DNA of 61,804 bases, taken from contig JBDUBL010000004.1 in the NCBI GenBank assembly GCA_040004125.1, positions 1-61,804 on the forward strand. Direction: 5' to 3'. Made by a program: the position numbers and the translations under genes. Positions 1 to 10,186 of the stretch are shown here, one piece after another. A model generated the notes under the pieces. That model searched no databases. It saw only the letters and a program-made list of their open reading frames with translations, and had not been told where the DNA came from. Numbering within the stretch: the first letter of the stretch is position 1; each line of letters begins with the position of its first letter. Origin of the DNA: Actinomycetota bacterium (lineage in GTDB: Bacteria; Actinomycetota; UBA4738; HRBIN12).

Positions 1-282
1 ACCTCGACCACCCGGTCGGCCAGCCCATGGTGCTCCAGCCGAAATCGGTTGGCGCCGAACGTGTTGGTCAACACGAGCCGGGCACCGGCGGCGACGAACG
101 CCGAGTGGATGGCCGCCACGCGCGCCGGCGCCCGTTCGTTGAGTGCCTCCATGCATGTGGCGACCGGCACCCCGGCATCGATCAGCGCGGTGCCCATACC
201 GCCGTCGGCCAGGACAGGGCCTTCGTCGAGGCGAACGCGAAGGGCCACGGCATCCATCAGCGTTACCAGTCTCCTTGCGCAG

Positions 283-690
283 CTACGTGGGCTCGATGCG
301 CACGGTGTGCGAGAGCTCGACGACGGATCGGATCGTCGCGGCGACCGCACAGTACTTCGCCTCGGCGAGCTGGACGGCACGATCGGCCTTGTTCCGGTCT
401 ACCGCCCCTCGTAGGACCCACTCGACGTGGATCGCACGGAACGTCCACGGCGGGTCCTCGTCTTGGGTGGATGTGACGATGGCCTCGAGCGCCCGCAAAC
501 CCTGACGCTGCTTGCGGAGGATCTCGACGACGTCGTAGGCCGTGCACGCGGCCAGCGACAACGGCAACAGATCCGAGGGTTTGGCGCCGGGACCCTCGAG
601 GTCTCCACCCACATGCACCGGCTCCCCGTACCCCGTGTCGCCGACGAACTGGATCCGCTCGCCCGTCCACCGCAGCCTGACCTCCCCCAT
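283..690 (-). CDS. OsmC/YhfA family protein
   Basis: 135 aa; P-x-D-L-L-x-x-S-L-A-A-C and KYCAV two-cysteine motifs of the OsmC family. Confidence 0.85.
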   Translation of the reverse strand: MGEVRLRWTGERIQFVGDTGYGEPVHVGGDLEGPGAKPSDLLPLSLAACTAYDVVEILRKQRQGLRALEAIVTSTQDEDPPWTFRAIHVEWVLRGAVDRNKADRAVQLAEAKYCAVAATIRSVVELSHTVRIEPT

Positions 691-815
691 CGGGCGCGGA
701 GTCTAACGCCCTAGGTCCGGAACCCGGCCGAAGGTCGGTAGCTCGGGGGACACGCCCCGGGTAGGCTGTGATCGTCCCGGTCGCACATGAGGCCGGAGCG
801 GGAGCGGGAGTGGGG

Positions 816-2027
816 ATGGACCAACGCAACGTTCGTGTCGTGGTCGGGCATGGGGACCCCGTCCGAGGCGGGGTCATGCGAACCGTGCTGGAAAGCGACG
901 GGTTCGACGTGATCGGGGAGGCCACGGCGACGGCCGATCTCGCTCGGCTGCTGTTGGCCGATCAACCCGACGTTGTCGTGCTCGACGACGCGATCGGGGT
1001 GACGGCCGTGCAGGTGGTCGGCGAGCTCGCCCCGCGCGCGAAGCTCGTGGTCGTCTGGCCGGCCGGCGTCGTCCCGATCGGCGGCGCCGCACGGGTCGAT
1101 CCGACCGAGGTCCTTACGGCGCTGTCCGCTACCGTCGGCCTTGCCGCCGGGATAGAGCTCTCGGCGCTCGGCGCGATCGAGCGGCCAGACTGGATCGACA
1201 AGGTCCGCAAGGATCCGACGACGCTGCGCGAGATGCTCGCCGCCCGCGGCGGCGTGCCGACCCGGCCAAGCGTCACCGAGCTCCAGCGGCGCGGGAAGCG
1301 ACTGCACCCGAGCACCGGCATGGGGAGGCGAAGCACCGCACGATCCACCGGCGCGGCACGGATCATGCCGGCGGCGATCCTGCCGATCGCGGCCTCGGAG
1401 GCTGCGGAAGCGACGACACCGGAGCAGGCCGGCGTCGAGGTCACCGACGGCGAGTTGGAGGCAGCACGGAATCGCCGCATCGGTATGATCGCCCTCGGCG
1501 GCGCTGCCGTCGCGGGAGCGCTGATGATCGCGCTGTCGTTCGGCAGCCATCGTTCCCCGACCCTGATCGCGGCCGAACCCTTCCTGCCACCGGTCGCAGG
1601 GGCGCTCTTCGTTCCGCCGGTTCCCGGTGACACGCCCGCACCTGCGAACGACGGTCCATCCGGTCCGAGCGGCGACGGTGCCCCACCGACCTCGACCGAC
1701 GGAGGCGGATCTGGCTCGACCGGCACGGTCACCACCTCCGGCAGCGGCACCACCTCGGGCACGGGCACCTCGCCCGGGCAGACCGCGCCCGGATCCGGCG
1801 GCGGCTCGACGGGTTCCGGGGCGGGCGGAACCGGCGGCGGCATCGGCACACCGGGGCCTTTGGCAACGAGCCCCGGCAACAGCGCCGCGCACAACCCACA
1901 CGGCGAGCCGCCCGGACAGGCACGGGCGACCGACCCTTCAACAGCCCCACACCCTGCACACGGCGAGCACCCCAGGCACCCCGAACACCCCACGCACCCG
2001 TCGCCCGTGCACACGCACAAGCGGTGA
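816..2027 (+). CDS. Membrane-anchored protein: atypical receiver (REC) domain, TM helix, Gly/Ser/Thr/Pro-rich tail with His-Pro repeats
   Basis: N-terminus VRVVVGHGD...GFDVIGEA...QPDVVVLDD is REC-like; hydrophobic [22 protein letters not shown]; start moved to ATG 816 after purine-rich GGGAGTGGGG. Confidence 0.6.
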   Translation: MDQRNVRVVVGHGDPVRGGVMRTVLESDGFDVIGEATATADLARLLLADQPDVVVLDDAIGVTAVQVVGELAPRAKLVVVWPAGVVPIGGAARVDPTEVLTALSATVGLAAGIELSALGAIERPDWIDKVRKDPTTLREMLAARGGVPTRPSVTELQRRGKRLHPSTGMGRRSTARSTGAARIMPAAILPIAASEAAEATTPEQAGVEVTDGELEAARNRRIGMIALGGAAVAGALMIALSFGSHRSPTLIAAEPFLPPVAGALFVPPVPGDTPAPANDGPSGPSGDGAPPTSTDGGGSGSTGTVTTSGSGTTSGTGTSPGQTAPGSGGGSTGSGAGGTGGGIGTPGPLATSPGNSAAHNPHGEPPGQARATDPSTAPHPAHGEHPRHPEHPTHPSPVHTHKR

Positions 2028-2055
2028 ACCCGACCCACCGGTAGCATCGTTTCCC

Positions 2056-2898
2056 ATGAATGCCTACGGCACCGTGCGACGGATCTACGTCCGCCCTCCC
2101 CATCCGCAGGCCTTCGCCGCATGGCAGGCCTATGGCTGGCACGCCGATCCCGACATCGATGCGACCGTCGCCGAGCACGCGGCACTCGTGGAGATCTTGC
2201 GCGCCCGTGCGGGCGATGTCGTGGTCGGGACGCAGCCCGTGCCGGGAGACCCCGACGCCGTGTACGCCTACGATCCGACGCTCGTGACCGACGCAGGCGT
2301 GATCCCGTTGCGTCCGGGCAAGGAAGGACGACGCGGCGAGCCCGCGATCGTGGCTGCGGAGCTCGGCGATGCCGGCTGCACGATCCTGCCCCCGCTCTCG
2401 GCCCCGGCCACCGCCGAAGGTGGCGATATGGTCTTCCTCGACGCGAGGACCCTGCTCGTGGGGCTCGGGTATCGCACGAACACCGAGGCCATCGAGCAGC
2501 TCCGCCCGAGGCTGGCGAACCAGGGTGTCGAAATCCTCACCTACGACCTTCCGCACCACCGCGGTCCGGGCGAATGCCTGCACCTGATGTCGTTCCTGTC
2601 GATGCTCGACGCGGACCTCGCGGTCGTCTACCTACCGATGATGCCCGTGCGCCTCGTGCAGGTGCTGGCGGCGCGCGGCATCGGGTTCGTCGAGGTTCCC
2701 GACGAGGAGTTCCCGACGATGGGGCCTAACGTCTTGGCTCTCGGGCCGCGACGCGTACTGGCGGTGCAAGGCAATCCCGTCACGCGCGAACGGATGGAAG
2801 CGGCCGGGGTCGACGTGACCACGTACGTGGGGGCGCACATCAGCCTCAACGGCGACGGTGGGCCGACCTGTCTCACACGTCCCCTCGAGCGTTCCTAG
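2056..2898 (+). CDS. Dimethylarginine dimethylaminohydrolase / amidinotransferase family protein
   Basis: YDP, EGGD, LHLMS and GGPTC motifs (Asp/His/Cys triad of penteins); ATG 2056 lies 8 nt after TAGCAT. Confidence 0.8.
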   Translation: MNAYGTVRRIYVRPPHPQAFAAWQAYGWHADPDIDATVAEHAALVEILRARAGDVVVGTQPVPGDPDAVYAYDPTLVTDAGVIPLRPGKEGRRGEPAIVAAELGDAGCTILPPLSAPATAEGGDMVFLDARTLLVGLGYRTNTEAIEQLRPRLANQGVEILTYDLPHHRGPGECLHLMSFLSMLDADLAVVYLPMMPVRLVQVLAARGIGFVEVPDEEFPTMGPNVLALGPRRVLAVQGNPVTRERMEAAGVDVTTYVGAHISLNGDGGPTCLTRPLERS

Positions 2899-2915
2899 CG
2901 GCGACACCTGAGGCG

Positions 2916-4019
2916 ATGACCGAGCGCACCGTCAACTTTTCCGCCGGCCCCGGCATCTTGCCACTCTCCGTGCTGCGCCAGGCACAGACAGACCTGATCT
3001 CGCTTCCCGGTGTCGGCGCCTCGGCGCTGGAGGTCTCGCATCGCGGCGCCTGGTTCACCGATGTGATCGCCGAGGCCGAAGCCAACCTGCGCGCGCTGCT
3101 CGCGATCCCGGCCACGCACCGAGTCCTGTTCACGCAGGGTGGGGCCACCATGCAGTTCACGATGGTCCCGATGAACCTGCTGCGCGCCACGGGGCGCCAC
3201 GCCGACTTCATCGTCACGGGATCCTGGGGCGCCAAGGCTTGGACCGAAGCCGCGAAGGAGGGCACGGCCCGGCTCGCCTGGACCGGCAAAGACGAGGGAT
3301 ACGTGCGCGCCCCCGAGACCGACGAGCTCCTGGCGTCGATCAACGCCAACCCCGCCTACGTCCACATCACGACGAACGAAACGATCCAAGGGGTCGAGTA
3401 CCCCGAGACGCCCATCGTGCCCGACGACGTCGCGCTCGTTGCCGACGGCTCGAGCGACTTCCTGTCGCGACCGATCGACGTCGGGGGCTACGCGGTGCTC
3501 TATGCAGGGGCGCAGAAGAACGCGGGGCCCGCCGGCGTCACGATCGTGATCGTGCGTGACGACGCGCTCGCACACGTCCCGGAGGGCCTGCCCGCGATGC
3601 TCGACTACCGGACCTACGCCGAGCACGGCTCGCTGTACAACACCCCGCCGGTGTTCTCGATCTACATCCTTCTGCTCGTGACGAGATGGCTCCGCGAGGA
3701 CATCGGTGGGCTCGAGGCGATGCACGAGCGCAATCGTGCGAAGGCGGCCCAGCTCTATGACGTGCTCGACGCCCTCCCCGCGTTCTACCGAGGCCATGCC
3801 GATCGCTCGTCGCGCTCGCTCATGAACGTCACGTTCCGCCTTCCGACCGTGGAGCTGGAACACGCGTTCATCGCCGAGGCCGCCGCCGCGGGCATGGTCG
3901 ACCTCGCGGGCCACCGCAGCGTCGGTGGCGTCCGCGCGTCGATCTACAACGCGATGCCGCTCGACGGCGTCGAACGCCTCGCCGCCTTCATGCGGGCATT
4001 CGCCGATGGCCGCAGCTAG
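2916..4019 (+). CDS. serC: Phosphoserine aminotransferase
   Basis: NFSAGP, SHR, NETIQGVE, GAQKNAGPAG, YNTPP, GHRSVGGVRASIYNA motifs. Confidence 0.93.
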   Translation: MTERTVNFSAGPGILPLSVLRQAQTDLISLPGVGASALEVSHRGAWFTDVIAEAEANLRALLAIPATHRVLFTQGGATMQFTMVPMNLLRATGRHADFIVTGSWGAKAWTEAAKEGTARLAWTGKDEGYVRAPETDELLASINANPAYVHITTNETIQGVEYPETPIVPDDVALVADGSSDFLSRPIDVGGYAVLYAGAQKNAGPAGVTIVIVRDDALAHVPEGLPAMLDYRTYAEHGSLYNTPPVFSIYILLLVTRWLREDIGGLEAMHERNRAKAAQLYDVLDALPAFYRGHADRSSRSLMNVTFRLPTVELEHAFIAEAAAAGMVDLAGHRSVGGVRASIYNAMPLDGVERLAAFMRAFADGRS

Positions 4020-4022
4020 GCA

Positions 4023-4906
4023 TCATGTGTCGGCCCCGGGCACGCCGTAGATCCCGGCCCATCCATTGCACGCGTACTTCCCGAACAAGAGGTCGCCTGC
4101 GTCCAGCGACATGGCGTTGTCGACATCCTGTCCCGTCGGGATCGAGGCAACCTTCGTCGCGCTCGCCGACAGGTCCGCGAGGGGTACCCGCCAGATCTTC
4201 ACGCCGATGCCGTGGTCTCATCGATCGCCGAGCCGTACTGCGGCTTGTTGTCGCTGGTCGAAGGTAGCTTCGCGACCCCCGGCGTATCGATGTTGTACAC
4301 GCGCACCGTGCACGTCTTCGAGCACACGGTCCACGTCGCGTAGTGCTCGCCGAGGAAGTCGCTAAGGAAGTATTGCCCGCTCTGCGACTGGATGCTCGCC
4401 ATCGTCGTCAGGGAGTTGTCGGACCGATCGAGCAGGTAGAGCTTCGCGTACCAGATGCCGTTGACTTTCTGCCACCGGAAGAACGACATGTACGCGGTGG
4501 AGATATGCGGGTCGAACTCCCAGGCACCGGTTTGCAAGGGTCGCGGGGTCGCCTGGCGCGTCATCGTGTCCAGGTTGAAGAACCGGATGTCCGAGTCGCC
4601 CGACGTGTATTCCTGATAAATGGCCGTGTTGGTGCCCGGGTCGAACCCACCTGTCCACCCCTTGGTCCCCGATGCGTTCATCTTCGTCGGTGTGCCGCCG
4701 GCGATCGGGCGCGCGAACACGTCCCAATGACGAGGGTGATCCTTGCTGTCGGCGGCGTAGAGCAGCCACGACGCGTTGCGATACGGCCCCGACTGACTCG
4801 CCGGGGGATCGAAGACTTTCACCGGGGTGATCGCGGCAAGCGCCGCCCAGGCCCCCGCCACGACGACGGTCAGCGCAAGCAGGATCGACAACCAACGACG
4901 CACCAT
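4023..4906 (-). pseudogene. Secreted TolB-like beta-repeat protein with C-terminal frameshift
   Basis: Signal peptide MVRRWLSILLALTVVVAGAWAALA; ORF stops at 4199, but a shifted frame from 4211 gives 62 protein-like codons (GIGVKIWRVPLADLS...GIYGVPGADT) ending at TGA 4023, 3 nt from the serC stop. Confidence 0.6.
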
Positions 4907-4963
4907 CAGAGCCTCCTCGTTGATGAGAGGAGCGTCCTCGCAGGTGATGCGCCAGGTCGCAAC

Positions 4964-6328
4964 TCAGGACGCGGCTCCGATCAGTTCGTCCGCCGCCCGG
5001 CCGAACACCTCGGTGTGCAGGTCGACGTCGTCGGCCGAGGTCGCCGGCGACATCAGCGCCATGTTGTGAAACGGGGTCATCAGGATGCCCCGGTTCAGCA
5101 GATACAGGTGGATGAACGCGTCGAGCTCGTCGTCTTGTCCGGCAGCCGCCTCGCTGCCGTTTCGTGCGCGATCTGCTCGGAACAGGTACTCGACGCGGCA
5201 CCCCAACCGCACGACGTGCCACGGCAGCCCGCGTGACTCGACCACCCCCCGGACGCCGTCCTCGAATCGCTCGCCGAGTACGATCATCCGCTCGAAGGCT
5301 TCATCGGTCATGACCTCGCCCAGCGTCGCGCGCATCGCCGCCAGCGACAGCGCGTTCCCGGCAAGCGTGCCGCCGACACCGCCCACATCGGCGTTCTTCC
5401 AATCGGTCTGGGCATACACACGGTCGCTCAACGCTTGGCTCATCCCGTAGGCGGCGCTCGGGATCCCGGCACCGAGGGTCTTGCCGATCGTGACGATGTC
5501 GGGCTGCAGGCCCCAGGCCCTCGTGCAGCCGCCCGGCCCCGCGCTGATCGTGTGCGTCTCGTCGATCAACAGGAGCGTGCCGTAGGTCGTGCACAGCGCG
5601 CGGACCGCTTCGTGATAGCCGGGTTCGGGCATGACGATGCCGATGTTCGTGAGCGCTGGCTCGAACATGCAGACCGCGACGTCTCCGATCGCGAGCGCGC
5701 GCTCGAGCCCGTCAAGGTCGTTGATCTCCACGACCCGCGTCGTCGCGGCAAGAGGCACCGGCATACCGACGTTCCCCTCCCGAGCCACAACCTCGCCCTG
5801 TGCATCCAGCGTGGCGAACGACTCGTCGACCGACCCGTGGTAACACCAGTTGTGCACCACCACCTTCGTCCGCCCGGTCACCTGGCGTGCCCACCGGATC
5901 GCGAACCGGTTCGCGTCGGTCGCCGTGAGCGTGAAGTTCCAGTACGGAAGTCCGAAGCGGCGAGCCATCTCGCGGCCGACCCACGCGGCGTCCTCGGTCG
6001 GCAGCATGAGCGTGATGCCCTTGGCGGATCGTTCGGCGATCGCATCGACGCTGACCTTCGGGGCGTGGCCGGCCATGCCGCCCGTGTCGCCCAGACAGAA
6101 GTCGACGAAGGCGTTGCCGTCGACATCGACGAAGCCGGCCCCCTCGGCTCGATCGACGAACACCGGGTAGTCCCCCGGCCAACGCGTCATCCAGTTCATC
6201 GGCACACCGAACAGAAGGGACTCCTTCGCATCTTCGGCGAGCTGCCCTGAGCGCGAGTGACGCTCGCGAAACGTCGCCCGTTCCCGTGCCATCAAGTCCT
6301 GAAGTCGCGTGCGATCGACGCCGGTCAT
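4964..6328 (-). CDS. Class III PLP aminotransferase (GSA-aminomutase-like family)
   Basis: DVDGNAFVDFCLGD, IDETHT, IGKTLGAG (PLP Lys), GGTLAGN; start MTGVDRT at 6328. Confidence 0.85.
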   Translation of the reverse strand: MTGVDRTRLQDLMARERATFRERHSRSGQLAEDAKESLLFGVPMNWMTRWPGDYPVFVDRAEGAGFVDVDGNAFVDFCLGDTGGMAGHAPKVSVDAIAERSAKGITLMLPTEDAAWVGREMARRFGLPYWNFTLTATDANRFAIRWARQVTGRTKVVVHNWCYHGSVDESFATLDAQGEVVAREGNVGMPVPLAATTRVVEINDLDGLERALAIGDVAVCMFEPALTNIGIVMPEPGYHEAVRALCTTYGTLLLIDETHTISAGPGGCTRAWGLQPDIVTIGKTLGAGIPSAAYGMSQALSDRVYAQTDWKNADVGGVGGTLAGNALSLAAMRATLGEVMTDEAFERMIVLGERFEDGVRGVVESRGLPWHVVRLGCRVEYLFRADRARNGSEAAAGQDDELDAFIHLYLLNRGILMTPFHNMALMSPATSADDVDLHTEVFGRAADELIGAAS

Positions 6329-6464
6329 GATGCCATCCCCTTCCTGTGCGTTGGAGGAGTTTACGCGGTTGCCTGCTCCCGCCCGTCGCGACATAGGATG
6401 CTCTTATTCCCTGCGCGAAGGCCCGTAGGTCAACCCCGTGGGAGCCACGCCGATAGTGCTAGAG

Positions 6465-6983
6465 ATGCGCCGATCCACCATCGTTGGGGTTCGTTGGGCG
6501 GTCACGCTTGCCGTGACCGTGGCTCTGGGCGCCTGTGGTCATGGTCCGACGATCTCCTCGGGCACCGATCCGATCCCGGCCGCATCCAGCGTCGTCTCGA
6601 CCCCCCCGCCGATGCCGGGGGGACGCAGCTGCATCAACCCGTCGCCGCTACGCCCCATGGCGCACGGCCTCGAGGTCCAGGGCGCGATGCGGGGCGGCGG
6701 CGTCTTCTCCGCGTTGTTCTCCGGCGTCGATACCCTCACCGCAGGCACGCCGATCACGACGTACTGGCGCATCGGTGGAGCCCGAGCCTTGCAGATCGTG
6801 CTCGTCGGACCCGCCGACCGGATCGTTCGCGTCAGCGGCGTGCGGCCGGGTGTGGCGCCGTTCACGTGGGACCGGCCGGGCGAACCCTGGCAGAGCGAAC
6901 TCACCTTCCCCCAGCCGGGGTGTTGGCGGGTCTACGTCGCGCGCGGCAGCGCCGACGGGGAGCTGTGGGTGCGCGTCGGTTGA
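6465..6983 (+). CDS. Putative lipoprotein (DUF4871-like C-terminus)
   Basis: Signal peptide with lipobox ALGAC; C-terminal W-x-S-x-L-T-F-P-x-P-G-C-W-R motif. Confidence 0.55.
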   Translation: MRRSTIVGVRWAVTLAVTVALGACGHGPTISSGTDPIPAASSVVSTPPPMPGGRSCINPSPLRPMAHGLEVQGAMRGGGVFSALFSGVDTLTAGTPITTYWRIGGARALQIVLVGPADRIVRVSGVRPGVAPFTWDRPGEPWQSELTFPQPGCWRVYVARGSADGELWVRVG

Positions 6984-6990
6984 CTCGGTG

Positions 6991-8304
6991 TTACCGCAAC
7001 CCGAGCGGCGTGCCCGTGTCCGCGGAGGGCAGCACGACGATCGCCGTTCGGGTGGCCCGCTCACCGGTGCTCGGGGACGGGCGATTCACGAGGCAACCGC
7101 CCACCGACGGACTCGACTGGCAATAGCCGGGGTCCTTCTTCTTCACCCACATCGTGGTCGAGCCACCGCCGTCGAGGTTCAGCGCCATCCAGGCTCCGGC
7201 ACGGAGATGTTCGTTCGCGAGGAACGGCAGCCGGACACCCTTCGACCAGTTCGTCAGCGTTTGACGCCCATCGACGGTGATGAGGTACATCCGGCACGTG
7301 GTCCCCTTGTCGGTGTCCGAACAGCCCTTGTTGATGCCGATCGAGGTCCGCGGGTTGTTGTTCAGGATGTAGTTCGAACCGGTCGTGTAGTCCGGAGCCA
7401 CGTTCTTGCCGCGGTCGACCAGCAACTGCGAGCCGCCCATGACGTCGGTGATGCCGGGCCAGCCGACGAACGTCCAGGAGAGCTTCACGGTGTTGCCGGC
7501 GGACAGCGCACCCACCGGGTTGGGGACCGACGAGACGAACTTCGACACAACGACCACGGCCCCGGCGGTCGACCCAACGGTCATCGGCGTGCGTGGGCAC
7601 GGCTCCGGTTGCGCCTCGACCGTGTATCGCCGGACGAGCGAAGTGCGGTTCTTGCCGTTCCAACCGATGGCATGGCTCGGCACCAGGCGTGCCGCGCAAT
7701 AGCGCGGGTCGATGCTCTTGGGCGCGGTCTTGCCGGGCGGCTTGGTCACGGACCCGCCGCGCGATGTGTAGGCCGCGATGGTCTTGGCGGTCGGCGCGTG
7801 CGCGTTCCACTGCTGGATGTTGAACAACGCGCCCGAAGCGCCGACCGCGTGGATCCGCAGCGTCGGATGCCCGATGTAGGCCCGCGTGCCATCGCTCGCC
7901 CACGCGGCCGCCATACCGTCGGACTGTCCGGTCGACCACAACTCACCGTCGATCATCAGGGTGTGCACGGGCTGGCCTTGGCCGGTGCCGAAGTCTCCGT
8001 TGACGCCGGCGATGGCCCCCGCATTGGCTGACATCGTGCTCGTCAATCCCCACATGGGGTACTGCTGGGTCGCCGGAGCGATGTCCGGGACGGCTTTACC
8101 CTGCCGCACGACGAGGATCCGCTCCTCCTCGGGACCCGTAGAGATACGCACGGTCTTCATATCGACGTTCGGGGTAAGCGCGTGGTTGGAGGTCGAGCGC
8201 GTCGAAGCAAGCACGGGGGCAGTGAGTCCGGCGGCCAGCACGAGGCAGCCCAGCAAGGCCGTAGCACCTCTGCGCCGCAGCGCTTGCCGAAGAGTGAACC
8301 GCAT
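6991..8304 (-). CDS. Secreted phosphodiester glycosidase (NAGPA/DUF2233) family protein
   Basis: Signal peptide; VNGDF, NPRTSIG, VDGRQ, NLDGGGST motifs. Confidence 0.85.
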   Translation of the reverse strand: MRFTLRQALRRRGATALLGCLVLAAGLTAPVLASTRSTSNHALTPNVDMKTVRISTGPEEERILVVRQGKAVPDIAPATQQYPMWGLTSTMSANAGAIAGVNGDFGTGQGQPVHTLMIDGELWSTGQSDGMAAAWASDGTRAYIGHPTLRIHAVGASGALFNIQQWNAHAPTAKTIAAYTSRGGSVTKPPGKTAPKSIDPRYCAARLVPSHAIGWNGKNRTSLVRRYTVEAQPEPCPRTPMTVGSTAGAVVVVSKFVSSVPNPVGALSAGNTVKLSWTFVGWPGITDVMGGSQLLVDRGKNVAPDYTTGSNYILNNNPRTSIGINKGCSDTDKGTTCRMYLITVDGRQTLTNWSKGVRLPFLANEHLRAGAWMALNLDGGGSTTMWVKKKDPGYCQSSPSVGGCLVNRPSPSTGERATRTAIVVLPSADTGTPLGLR

Positions 8305-8350
8305 CGAACCCCCCTGAACGTCGTTCAGCCATATACGAGCACGTAGGGTC

Positions 8351-8437
8351 GCAGGGTAGCGAAAAAGTACTAGTTCGTGAAGTCCCCGAGGTGCGCAACG
8401 AGACTTTCGGCCTAGGCGCGGCCGTCGGCTACCCTGC
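8351..8437. promoter_or_regulatory. Divergent promoter pair with identical GCTACCCTGC (-10 TACCCT) boxes
   Basis: gcagggtagc 8351-8360 is the exact reverse complement of gctaccctgc 8428-8437; TACCCT 8430-8435 lies 7 nt before dacB ATG 8443. Confidence 0.5.
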
Positions 8438-8442
8438 TGCTG

Positions 8443-9672
8443 ATGCGAGAGGAGGGCCCGGTAAGGTGGCCCACCATGAAGGTGCGACGCATCGCGGCGC
8501 TGACGTCGATCATGACGTTCCTACTGGTCAGCGGTGCTATCCGCCCCGGGGAGGCCACCCCGCGATGGGCGGGGCACCTGGACGCGATCGCATCGGGGCA
8601 CCCGATGTCGGTGATGGTCGGCAGCGACGGCGACGTCTGGTATCGCCACCATGCGCGCGCACGAAAAGCGCCTGCGTCCAACGAAAAGCTCCTGCTGTCC
8701 ATGGCCTTGTTCGACCATCTCGGCACCTCGCACACGTTCCGGCTGCGAGCGATGTCGCTCGGGGTGGACCCGCCCGGCACGGTCGCGGGCGATCTGTATC
8801 TCCGCGGACAGGGCGATCCCGAGGTCGGCGAGACGCAGATCACCCGGCTCGCCCGTCAGATCTGGAAGGCGGGCGTGCGCCGGATCGACGGTCGCGTGAT
8901 CGGCGTCACCGGCCCGTTCCACCGCGATTGGTTCGCGCCGGGGTGGAAGGACTACTTCCCCGCCGACTACATCGCGCTGCCGACAGCGCTCACCTTCCGC
9001 GGGAACGTGAGCCCGACCGGCGTGCACATCGAGGACCCCGAACGGCGGGCCGCCGCATTCTTGACCAGCGAGCTGCGCGCACGCGGGGTGCATGTGGGGG
9101 CCAGGCCCGCGGGCGGCCATGCCGTCGCCGGACTCACCGATATCGCGACCCGCACATCGCAACCCCTGCGCACGCTGGTTCGGCACATGGATCGGCGCTC
9201 GCTCAACTTCTCCGCGGAGGTGCTCGGGAAAGCGCTCGCCGTCGCCGGCGGCGCGCCGGGCACCATCGCGAACGCGGCCGCGGCGATCTGCGGCTTCGAG
9301 ATGACACACGGCGTCAGCGGTACCTGTCACGACGCGTCCGGCTTGTCGTATACGAACCGGCAGACGGTAGCGGGGATGGTGCGCCTCCTGTGGATGGCCG
9401 ACGCCCAACCCTGGGCCGGCACGCTGCGCATGTCGCTTCCCGACGGTGGTCAAGGCACCCTGAAGGGGCGGCTCGCAGGCGTGCGCGTCCGAGCAAAGAC
9501 GGGCACGCTGGACCACGTGTCCGCCCTCACCGGGTGGGTATGGGGCGAGGCAGCCGGGACGTGGATCGAGTTCTCGCTGCTGACAAGTGGCATGGACGAA
9601 TCCAAGGCGAAGACGCTCGAGGACAAGATCGTCCAGGCGCTCGCGGCCAGCGCGAGCGACCCGACGCCCTAG
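8443..9672 (+). CDS. dacB: D-alanyl-D-alanine carboxypeptidase/endopeptidase (peptidase S13)
   Basis: PASNEK (SxxK), SLN (SxN), DASGLS, AKTGT (KTG) penicillin-binding motifs. Confidence 0.88.
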   Translation: MREEGPVRWPTMKVRRIAALTSIMTFLLVSGAIRPGEATPRWAGHLDAIASGHPMSVMVGSDGDVWYRHHARARKAPASNEKLLLSMALFDHLGTSHTFRLRAMSLGVDPPGTVAGDLYLRGQGDPEVGETQITRLARQIWKAGVRRIDGRVIGVTGPFHRDWFAPGWKDYFPADYIALPTALTFRGNVSPTGVHIEDPERRAAAFLTSELRARGVHVGARPAGGHAVAGLTDIATRTSQPLRTLVRHMDRRSLNFSAEVLGKALAVAGGAPGTIANAAAAICGFEMTHGVSGTCHDASGLSYTNRQTVAGMVRLLWMADAQPWAGTLRMSLPDGGQGTLKGRLAGVRVRAKTGTLDHVSALTGWVWGEAAGTWIEFSLLTSGMDESKAKTLEDKIVQALAASASDPTP

Positions 9673-10184
9673 AGGTCGGTGGCATACCGCACGATCGGAC
9701 GGCTCGGGCCGCCGAACGAATACTCCGCCGTCGTCCCGTCGCTCGACCATCCGGCCGCCTCGTAGAACCGACGCGCCCGGGCCCCATCCCGGAGCACCCA
9801 GAGCATCGCTCGGTCGTAGCCGAGCGACCGCAGCCGCGCCACCGCCTCACCGAAGAGCGAGCGCCCGATCCCGAGACCAGCCACTTCCTCCAGGAGATAC
9901 AGCGTCCGCACCTCGCCGGTGTTCGGCTCCCCATCGACGTCGCGCGACAGACCCACGCCGGCGAACCCGACGACACGACCGTCCTGCACGGCGACCAGCA
10001 GGGCGGCGCGATCCTCGGTCTCGTCAAACCACTCGAGCCACATCTGTTCGCGACCTTCGACCGAGAAGCTGTCGATCACATCCTCGGCAAGGATGCCCGC
10101 GTAGGCCCAACGCCAGGACGCAACGTGCACCGCCGCGATTGCGCCGGCGTCTGCCGCCGCCGCGTCGCGGATCCACACCGGCAC
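9669..10184 (-). CDS. GNAT family N-acetyltransferase
   Basis: [24 protein letters not shown] acetyl-CoA motif, [10 protein letters not shown]; GTG 10184 follows GGAGGA. Confidence 0.85.
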   Translation of the reverse strand: MPVWIRDAAAADAGAIAAVHVASWRWAYAGILAEDVIDSFSVEGREQMWLEWFDETEDRAALLVAVQDGRVVGFAGVGLSRDVDGEPNTGEVRTLYLLEEVAGLGIGRSLFGEAVARLRSLGYDRAMLWVLRDGARARRFYEAAGWSSDGTTAEYSFGGPSRPIVRYATDL

Positions 10185-10186
10185 GA

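Noticed and set aside
4195-4220. Programmed ribosomal frameshifting at the frame breaks (also 41690)
   Set aside because: No slippery heptamer or obvious stimulatory structure; decay or assembly error is simpler
8340-8440. Riboswitch (c-di-AMP ydaO or c-di-GMP) between the cell-wall genes
   Set aside because: The 10-bp inverted repeat is explained by two -10 boxes; I could not find the conserved riboswitch cores. An Rfam/Infernal scan would settle it
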